A stretch of 64,000 nt of DNA from the human T2T-CHM13v2.0 reference genome, Homo sapiens: the NCBI RefSeq assembly GCF_009914755.1, contig NC_060937.1; one strand, written 5' to 3'. A program made the position numbers and the translations under genes. The notes beneath the pieces were generated by a model. The model was not told where the DNA came from, did no database searches, and saw only the letters and a list, made by a program, of their open reading frames with translations. This document shows positions 54,411 to 64,000 of this stretch, one piece after another (within the stretch, counting starts at the first letter, position 1; every line of letters begins with the position of its first letter).

Positions 54411-55416
54411 TTTCACACATAGTGCCAATATACTATGCTATATATTTAATCTTCGTATTGTCTCCAATAATAGATGTATACATTGTGTAGAGACTTTCAG
54501 AGAGTTCTCATTTGTTTTATGCATTTTTTTTTTTTTTTGCAAATTTGACTCCAGGAAGGTGCATTATCACAATGTTGACTTTGTGTGTATGCATTGTGCG
54601 TGTGTTAAAAACGCTGAAACTTCCTCAGTAAATAAAGAGATGTCCTTTCTGTACATCTGCATTTGTGAAAGGTACAATTTCTTGAGATCTCGGCGGTTTG
54701 GGTGACTGCATATGCAATGGTGACTCGCTGGTTTTTGAGCTGTCCATCAAAAGATTTAAGTTGTCCATCACGGTGTTTCAGATGGCCACAGTTATAAAGC
54801 TGGGTGCACACAATTAGTAATCATAGTAATACGCGTTTATACATTTCCCTTTTGATCTATTTCTTTGTGAATATAGTTTGTCTGCTTATAACTTATCCCC
54901 ATGCTACAGTTGTTAGTATATCTGAGTGTTTATGCTTGCAAAAATATGTATGTTACTATTGCCTCTTTTATTGTGTTAAGTGGCCTGTAAAACACTCTGT
55001 TGTGTTTTGTATGTTTCTCTTAAAAATGTAAATAAAGGTCTTAAAATTTTTAAATTTTTTTTCCATAATTATATTTTTGGGACTTTCATCTTTCCCAATT
55101 TCAACATTCAGGATTGTGCCTTTCAAAATTATGGCCCAAACTCATAGAAGGGGTGAGGGAGTGAGGAAGGATGATGACTTAGAAGCTCTAATTTGTGAAG
55201 AAAATGTGGCTGTGGTAAAGGGGAGATGGTAGAGTGTGTGGTACAGCCCAGGGTGTCATGCTGCTGGCCCCAGGAGGAGAGATAGGGTACAGGAAGGGGA
55301 CCCTTGCAAGTTTTCGCTCCCACACCATGTATCTGGAGGAAGGGACATTAACTTAGCATAATTTGAAGGCAACCTGGGGCAGTGTAGGAATATAGATCTG
55401 ATGTTAGAAGACCTAA

Positions 55417-55725
<309 letters not shown>

Positions 55726-56958
55726 TAGAAGACCTAACTTCTAGTCTCAATTTTGTCAGTAAGGTCTCCATTCTTTGGGTTGATTCCTTCCACAGGACAT
55801 TTCTTGTCTAACCAGGTCACTGTTTCCCTTTGGAGGAAACAGAGCTAGTTGGGTGAAGATGACTTTGCTAAGGGTAAAATACCCCCACAGACAGTTAATT
55901 TTTTTTCTTGTTGTTAATTGCTAGGAAAATAATCCATCTTACCCAGGGAAGCCATCCAAGTAATTCAGACCTCTCTGCGGATTTCAAAGAAAGCTTTCCG
56001 TATCTATTTTCTAATTTTCCCAAATAGTCCCTGCAGGTTGAGGGATCACAGTGAAGAGAATTCCACCAAATTTGCTTCGGGGCTGCTGGATAAATGCAGT
56101 ACAGAGGTAATCGGCTCACCTCATCATAGCCGCCAGCTTCAGCCTCCCCTACAACTCAATCACCGGCACAGGGCTAACCAAATTACTGCTCCAGGCTCTG
56201 GGCCTCCCCGTTATGTGACTCAGGAGCCTCATTTGCAATCACCATTAACCAGAAAAGCCGCACGAATGCTCTGAGCCCACAGAGTGGAGTGTCATACAAT
56301 ATTCACAGAACCCATGGGCTGGAAGAGGCTGCAAAGCCTTTAGAATAATGCTCGCACAGTGACCACCACCAGCTTGGGGTCCCCTTCCTTACCCTTTATC
56401 CAGCCCCTCTGGCAAAGTGGCTCCAGACTGGACAGAGAAACAAGACAGTGAAATGCCCAGAGGACTGGGAATGGGACTGTCAGAGGTGACTGTGTGGAGA
56501 GGAACTGAGTAACCCACATACCAGCTATTAAACAGTCTTGTTGGAAGCCTTTAACTGCTGTAAAGTAGGTATTCACGCAGAACACTCCAAAGGCCACCTC
56601 TAAATCTCTAGACAATGCTCAGGTCTTTACCTCTCATTGAGCCACCTGCTGTGCTGTATGAAACAGAGTTAGCAAACCCCGGGGCAGCACGGGATTTCCA
56701 AAGATTATCCCATAAATGGCAAAGGTGGGCACACATCTCACATCTCTCCTTTCCTGGTCTCTGCCTCCTCCTCTTCCTTACAGCTCCCACCCTCCCCACT
56801 GCCACTCAATACACATTTATCCACACAAGTTGGTCTTAGAATGGAAGGCACGTGGATGCATCAACAAATGGTACTGAAGTGCCCCAGCTTTAGATTTCAT
56901 ATCTGTCGGGCACTTAAAGCCACGATTGTCCCATATGCCCCTCCCACTCCATGTGTTC

Positions 56959-56996
56959 GTGTGTGTGTGTGTGTGTGTGTGTGTGCACGTGTGTGT
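56959..56996. repeat. (GT)n with uninterrupted purine-pyrimidine alternation
   Basis: Direct. Confidence 0.9.
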
Positions 56997-59900
56997 TTCT
57001 GTTGCACCTCAAGGTTAATGGGGTTGTCTGGGGTGGTGCAGGCACAGGTTGGAGGTATCAGAGAGGGCCTCATGGAAGTTTGCCAGAAAGCATTTTACTA
57101 TTCTTCTTTCAGAAACTTGTTTATCAAACGCTGTGGTTAAGAGGAGGAAGTCACTCAGCCAGCCTCAGCCTAGCTACTGCCTGCTTGGGAAGTGCTGATG
57201 ACTGACCCCAGACCGACCCCTAGCACTACAGAGCCTTCTCTGGAAAAACCTGGGCACAGGGACTGACCGCTCCTCCCCTCAAAGGGCACCTCTGCAGATG
57301 GGGCAAAAGAAGGCAGGGCTGCCCAGGGCAGGGCGCTGTAGAAGCAGCTGGCGCCAATGGGAGTGGAGCCAGGAGAGAAAGGCTTTCTTGGTTTAGAAAC
57401 AAGCAAAGGACAGGAGGGAGAGAGGAGTGCTGAATCAGGACCAGGAGCAGGCGCCCTCATGAGCGCCAGCCTGAAGTCTGCTCGTCACATTTCAATAACC
57501 TCTGTGAATGAGGAAGCAGAGGGCAGCTGGCCAAGAGAGCTGGCTCCTTGACGGTCACTTTTCATGGGGTGGAAAGAAGTGGGGGCACCATTTGGAACCC
57601 TAATCTGTGCAAGTGGTCCTCAGAGACAGAGACAGGCAGAGACTGAGGGAAATGGTCTTGTTTGCACTCCACTGCCTGGCACTCACTGAAAGCTGAGGTC
57701 TCTTATGTTCAAGGCTGGCTACTCTAAATGTCCCTTTTAATTAGGGTGAGCTTCAGGGGTGTAATGGCTTTAACCAGAGGATCTGATGTCCCCAGGAAGG
57801 CTCTGCCTTCCATTTAGAAGGAAAGGCATCAGCTTGCTCGAAGGAATCCCAGGTTACTGAGTAATCACCATAATAAGATTGAGAATGAAGGTGACCTATA
57901 GAAGCATGGTAAATACACAATTTTCTTTGCTTGGTAAGTGAATTTTGATTATAACTCAGCACTTGCCTCAGTTTCTAAAATGCTGTTGGTTCGAATTCTC
58001 AGGAAAGCCCAGGAAAGGATAAAACACATAAATGCTTCCACAAGGAAAAACACAAGCTTCCCAGCCCTCTTTGTAGCTACACGCAACCCATAAAATTGAA
58101 AGCAAGGTTGCAGTCTCTCTGTCCTTGGTCACCATTTCATATACTGGCCTGTCATACAAAATGTGGGGAAGCACGGCAGATCAATAGCTATTCTGGGTTA
58201 ATACTGCCACAGGTTTTATTTTTTTCCTTTAACAAAAGAAGGACTTTCCTCCTCATTACATAGATCACAGCTTATTACGTCCAAGGCATATTTCCGTGGT
58301 CTGTTTATGGAAATCAGCGTTTAGAAGGAGAATTTTTTTGAGGTTACATGTGCTTTTTATACAAGCAATGGGGCAGTGACACTCCTATGGAGTTAGTCCT
58401 TTTAAAGCTCTGCAAATGGCTATTAGCCCTTAGGTTTGAGAAGGGAGTGAAACTTACCTGATGGGCCACCTGGACCCTCCAGGTCTCTCCCTACCTGGCG
58501 CCCTCTCCAAATCCTGTGTGCCTAATCCTGAGGGGGCATTAGCAGCACTCAACTTGCTTTGTTTATCTGGGGTGATGTTCCTCTGAGCAAAATCCATAAG
58601 TGGTTTTTTTGTGTGCGAAATGAAAAGCCAAATAAGAGTGTAAGTGAAAAAGTGAGCTATGTCCTCTCAAAGCATACGTCATCCATTTTTATGTTGCTGA
58701 TTATACAATTTCTAAATTGCCTGAAGGTGTTAAGTGACAACTTTTGAATTTGCTATTGGAACTCTACAAATTATATATACAATAACATACATTATTTTTA
58801 GAGGAGAGTTATGAAACACCTCTGATACCTCTTTTCAGTCTCAAAAGCTGAGGCGGAGAAAGGGCAGATGTTCATCAGCCCATTTAAAAGGTGAGGAAGG
58901 GAAGTCTCAAAGAGGTGGAGGAGGAGTTCAAGTTCACACAGCTGGCCAGAGATGACTCAAGGCCTCCAACCCTGACTCTGAACTCCTGGGTCAGGGCAGC
59001 AAGACGACTTGTCAAAATCCAGGCAGACATCATTGAGAAATATACACAAGTGGTTTCCCCTCACTCCACACAGAGACCTTAACACCTCTCTATTCTCCAT
59101 CATCAGCTGCAGTCAATGAACCATATAAATGCAAACTTCAGAAATGCTAAAGTCTCATAAGCAATTTTTAAAGGTATTAAAATACAAAACAGAAGTAAAC
59201 AAAATTTCTTGCCCCAGGGAACTAACTAATCCAAAGTGGAAAAAATAATGGAAGTTTGAATGCAGTCTCAAAAGTGGCCATAAAATGGAATTCAGAATTT
59301 TATTTTAATGTGCATACTACATACTTGCTTTGCCAAGGATGACTGGTAGTAAATTCTCATTTATAAAACTAAGCTATAAAAGAAAAAAAGAAATAGTGGA
59401 ATGAGAGGCAAGAGCGCGCAAGCAAGAGCAGGTGTGAACGGTTGCATGCGATGGCATTCGTCACAGCTGGGATATCAGAGAGAGTCAGATCCTAGGTCAG
59501 ATGCACCATAGGGGTCCCAGGATAGTCCATCGCCCCTCCCCCAGGACTGGCCTTGGCATGTAACCCCAGCAGCTCCAGGCAGCTGTCTTTCGGCGGAACT
59601 TCTAGGAGTGGGGGCACCCATCAGCGCTGACCTGCGGGGCTCCAGCTGAGGACAGTCCGGCCGTGGGAGTTTATAAAGTAATGGACAACAGGCAATGCTC
59701 TTCCTGCCCAACAGCAGTGGTCAGAGGGACAGATCTATCCTCACAGAGACTGTCAGGCACTGTCGCTACAGACACGGCCCCTCCCCCGGCACTCAGTCCT
59801 GCCTGCCTTACACAGGAGTACAGGAAAGGAACTTCCAATGAGTCCATCTTTTATGTTAGGAGAGAGGCAAGGTGCTGAGTTTCCCATCCGGGGAGTTCAG

Positions 59901-60254
59901 CTGCACCCTCTCCCCAGCCCCCACCTCCCTGACTTCCCCTCCTCCCTACTACCCCTAACCAGTGGCCCATCATTCCTTTCCCAGTCAGTCTTGGCTGTGA
60001 TGTTAAGCGGCTCTGCCGGACCCCATATTTTGTCTGGTCTCTAAAAGGGCACTGACCTGAGGGTACAAATGCAGAGGCCCCGGGGCAGCTAGGCAGCCGC
60101 GAGCAACCCAGCACCCAGCTGCCTAGGGTGCTCCAGGCAGCGGCGGCAGCAGCTAGAAGCTGGTGTCATTATTACACAAGCCAGGCAAATCCTGCTCCAG
60201 TACACAGAGCGCATCTAACCAGCAGGAAGGAAATAAGCCAAAATCCTCCCGACA

Positions 60255-60255
<1 letters not shown>

Positions 60256-60304
<49 letters not shown>
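60256..60304. repeat. (CA)24 microsatellite about 530 bp into intron 1
   Basis: Direct. Confidence 0.96.
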
Positions 60305-60307
<3 letters not shown>

Positions 60308-60659
60308 TCTGAGGACAAGGACAAACACTTTGCAGAAAGAACCCTCCCCCCACCCCACCGACGTCCAAGTCCCTGTTTCAGGATTCCTCACCCCCCAGTA
60401 GCTTCTAAAATCCTCGTGTTTGACCACCTCTCCCAACACATGGGACAGAGAGAATTTGGCTAACTTCAAATCCTGTCTCCTGAGCACTTGCCCACAAATA
60501 GTAGGGGGAGTGATGGGGACGCCCCCCTGTTCCCTCCACCACCCTCACTTCTGCCCCCCACGCCACTCTCAGGTTGACAGCGTCGGGGAAAGACATCAGA
60601 CCATCAATCCAGCTTTTCCTGCCAGCTGGGGAAACAACACTCGGTCACTAACAGCACCC

Positions 60660-61200
60660 AATCACCTAGAGAGCGAGAGTGAGCCGAGGCAAACACGCCG
60701 GGTTCCAGACACCGTCCCAGCCCCCGAGACCCGGGTTTGCAAAGGGCTGCACACGTTCGCCGGAGGGTCGCTGCCGCCTCCGAGAAAGGACTTGAACCTG
60801 AGCCCGGTGAAGGTAAAATGACACAGAGACTCACCTTTAGGTTGTGTGTGGGGTTGACGACACAGACAAGTTGCCCGGCAGCGGAGAAAACCCGTTTAGC
60901 CTTGTAGTGCTGAAACCGGAGATGAATGAGATCTAATACAGCCCCAAAGCACTGGGTAAAGAAAAGCATCACAACTTTTGGGGGGTTGTTGGTCCGGGAA
61001 GGCAGCGGAGGAAGCTGTGAGTCCTTGGGCCCTGGAAGGAGCGCAGCCTCTGAGACACTCCGCTCCAGCCCGGCTTAGCGCGCCTTCATATTCATCATCA
61101 AAATAAGACGGTTAGAATCTTGCAGCAGTGAGGCGGCCAATCAAAAGGACAGAAATGTTATCCTTGAGGTGCAGAGACAGCCAATAACAAATGCCTTCCC
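60660..61200 (-). promoter_or_regulatory. CpG-enriched promoter, 5'UTR and exon-1 region of SIAH3 with two CCAAT boxes
   Basis: Sharp local rise in CpG. GGCCAATCA (CCAAT 61137-61141) and AGCCAAT (61181-61185) lie 170-215 bp upstream of the ATG. Repeat-free. The exact TSS cannot be read from the sequence. Confidence 0.75.
60835..60969 (-). CDS. SIAH3: SIAH3 coding exon 1 (aa 1-45 of seven in absentia homolog 3); CDS continues in exon 2 outside the window
   Basis: ATG at 60969-60967 (gttgtgATGc) opens 135 nt = MLFFTQCFGAVLDLIHLRFQHYKAKRVFSAAGQLVCVVNPTHNLK, matching the SIAH3 N-terminus as I recall it. Ends in phase 0 at a consensus donor AAG|GTGAGT (60835/60834), within a CpG-rich region. Confidence 0.93.
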
Positions 61201-63239
61201 TACCGAAACTCCCTGATGAATTGAGCCTGGCGGAGAATGTATTATTGAACATTACCATAGATCAGCACATTGCATTTATCTTGTGATTACAGCCAACCAT
61301 ACCTAATGCTGGGGAGATAGGCTGACAAAATTGATTGCTTAATGTGTCTCCATTTATTAATTGACTTAATTTAACATGAGAGCCTTTCTTAATGCCCTGG
61401 CAAGAACGTAAAGCGTTTAAGCCGCCAAATAGTACAACACCCCGCTCCAAAGTAGGCAGATGGATAACGCAGATCATGGCTCGACTCACCAGAGCTGCTT
61501 GGGAGAAAATAAAATATTACTAGACTCTGAATCCAGATAAGGACTTGGCAGCAGCAAAAATGTGTATCTTTCAATCTTGCGTTCTGACTTTCTGCAATTT
61601 GGATTACAGCCCCTTGATAAATCTTACTCTCCACTCTTTATCAAAGAAAAGAATCCCTGACAAATTCATTTGGAGTTGAGGGGTGGAGGGAAGCACATAC
61701 ATATATATTACTATACATATATATATATTTTCTTTTTTTCAAAATACTGTGATTACTGAAGTCTGAAAGTATTAAAGGATAAAAATGCACAGAGTATGCT
61801 TCAAAAAATAATGAAATCCCTGATGCATGAATGCACACACACAGAAAAACCTACACTGAGAGGAAAGAGGCTTGTAAATCAGCAAAATAATTACAGATGC
61901 AGAGAACCTTTGCTTGTCATTCATTTGCATATTGGTGGGCAGCAAATTGCTAATTAACCACTAGATTGCTGGAGACATTAAAATAGAGATTAAGGATGCA
62001 CATACCACATCATTTACTTGTTTCTGCAAATGCTAGCAGCACATTTCTGTGCTGGCACAGGCAGAGGGCATTCCAGTCCTCAGACTGCAAACCTGTCCTT
62101 GCTCCCCAGAACAGGGCTGGTGGGTGGGCGGGAGGCCGCTGGTTCTTGAAGAAAGATTCCTAAGCAGTACTTGAAGGGTTTTGGGTTTTTCGGGACTAGC
62201 TCTGATGGTTTAGTCTTTGCAGCTAAAGCAGGGGAGTTCAGTGTATTGTGTTTTCCCTCTTCCCTGGTTGTTTCTCTCTTGAGAAGTCAGGCCAGATCCA
62301 GTGCTGCCTGGAGCAGGATCAGCCCCCACTGTGAATTGTACCCTGTGAGTGTGAGCCCCCTCCCTCATGGCTCTTGTTCTGCTCTGGCTACAATGCTTGG
62401 GTTGTAATGTATGCAAAACATATGCACACGTGGAACACCTAGGTCTGTGACCTGGTCAGGCAGTTAAACTAACAACAGAATAACATACGGGATAAAAATA
62501 ATGCACAAGTTTATTGATGCCAGGACAGAGCCCAGGCTGTTCATTTTAACTTGCATTTAAAACCAAACCAATGTTTTAAGAGACAAGCTGAACACCAATT
62601 AAACATGGAAACTTTGCACTTTTAAAATAACGACACTGGCACCAAACTAGAAGATGACAACATTTGAACTGATTAGAACCTCATCAATGTGATATTTTTA
62701 TAGGACCTGAGTCCCTGGAGCCACTTGTTACATGGCATATAATAAAGGTTGCTGGCCCACAAAACCAGAATCTGCTTTCTAAAGTTTGAATTGTCCAGAA
62801 AATAAGCTTTCAGCAGTTCATTGGGAAAACATTTAATGTCCTTTCATTGGCTTACTTGTTTTAAAAACTAAAAGTGTGCAGATACTCTCATAGATTCCTT
62901 AAAGATATATTCATAATTTAGAAAGGTTCAAATTATTTTTACATCTTTGGCTCTAGTGGAACGATTGTGTTGATTTTTTGTTCTGTTTTGTTTCATTTTT
63001 CTTTACTTTTTAAAGATGTATTGTTTCCGTCATCCTGCTAGAAGTAAGTTCCATGAGAATGGGGATTTCTGCTGTTTTTTTTTTTTTTTTGGAAAGGTAT
63101 TTTTAAAATAAAATGATTGTACACAAAATAAGGATGCCAGCAAATAGGTCAAAGATCTATAACTTTGTGTTGATAATCTCATGCTTGTGCTTAAGATATA
63201 AAAATCAATGCTCCTTTAATTTTATCTTGATTTTTAAGA

Positions 63240-64000
63240 AATTAAAGACCTAATGTTTTTAGAGTAGTTTTAGGTTCACAGCAAAATTGAGAGGAAAGTA
63301 CAGAAATACCTCATTTTGCCCCTACCCCCACACCTGCACCACCTCCCCTATTATCAACACCCCCCCACTATAGGGGTGCATTTGTTACAATTAATGAACC
63401 CACATTGACGCATCACCATCATCCAGAGTTCATAGTTTATACTAGGCTCACTCTTGGTGTTGTACATTCTACGGGTTTGAACAAATGTCAAATGACCCAA
63501 ATCCATTGTTAGAGTAACATACAGAGTATTTTCACTGCTCTAAATATCCTCCGTGTTCTGCTTATTCATCCCATCCCACCAACCTCCCCCAGCTCTTGGC
63601 AACCACTGATTTTTATGCTGTCTATGCCATAGTTTTGCCTTTTTCAAAATGTCACGTAATTGGAGCCATATAGTATGTAGTCTTTTTGAACTGGCTTCTT
63701 TCACTTAGTAACATGCATTTAATATCCATGTCTATTCATGACTTGATAGCTCATATGTTTTTAACACTGAATAGTATCCCATTGGGTGACCACAGTTTAT
63801 TTATCTGTTCATCTATGGAAGGATATCTTGGTTACTTTCAAGTTAATTTTTGTGAATTGTGTAAGATCTGTGTCTAGATTCCTTTTTTAAATCTGCATAC
63901 AGATGGTCCAGTTTCAGCACCATTTGTTGAAAAATTGTTAGATTTACAACTATGTCTTCTTGGGTGCTAATGTAAATAGTATTGTGTTTTTAATTTCAAA
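63240..64000 (-). mobile_element. L1MC-like 3' fragment
   Basis: tttagagtagttttaggttcacagcaaaattgag...catttgttacaattaatgaacc.acattgac. Confidence 0.88.

Larger units (their letters stand above)
53192..55143 (+). mobile_element. Ricksha-like MULE/MuDR DNA transposon
   Basis: Termini built from aatccc.aaa arrays on the left and their reverse complement (ttt..ggatt) on the right; internal MLT2B LTR; FLYWCH remnant. Confidence 0.85.

Noticed and set aside
60604-60834. Continuation of the 122-aa ORF past NLK
   Set aside because: Intronic read-through beyond the consensus donor; it does not match the SIAH3 sequence I recall.
61490-61515. 5-8-nt microexon (ttttctcccaag|cagctctg|gtgagt)
   Set aside because: Upstream of the apparent promoter, not frame-preserving, no supporting upstream exon.

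Overview
Primate (almost certainly human) genomic DNA. The only real protein-coding sequence I can support is coding exon 1 of SIAH3 on the minus strand (ATG 60969 to a perfect AAG|GTGAGT donor at 60835, MLFFTQCFGAVLDLIHLRFQHYKAKRVFSAAGQLVCVVNPTHNLK, recognised from memory of the protein). Its CpG-rich, CCAAT-box promoter lies at about 60.7-61.2 kb. Positions 1-60834 are therefore most of the long intron of this two-exon gene, and exon 2 lies left of the window. The intron is packed with interspersed repeats: about 15 Alus or Alu fragments, L1PA/PB/MB/MC/ME fragments, L2, MIR, MaLR/ERVL/ERV1 LTRs, three MADE1 MITEs, hAT and Tigger elements, and a 1.95-kb Ricksha (MULE) transposon with a captured ERV-L LTR and a decayed FLYWCH zinc-finger frame. 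Nearly all other ORFs in the track are repeat-derived or chance. I see no CRISPR array, RNA gene or multi-gene novel system. The best leads are: (i) an in-frame, stop-free 5' leader with a strong-context CUG and an in-frame uORF ahead of a mitochondrial-presequence-like SIAH3 N-terminus; (ii) a candidate TDP-43-guarded poison exon in an antisense L1; (iii) intact DUX4 motifs in three MaLR LTRs; (iv) a tiny SVA2-like 3' insertion; (v) a 44-bp VNTR; (vi) template-switch scars; (vii) several motif-dense candidate enhancers and a CTCF site. Repeat family names come from my recall of consensus sequences, and old-repeat boundaries are approximate.
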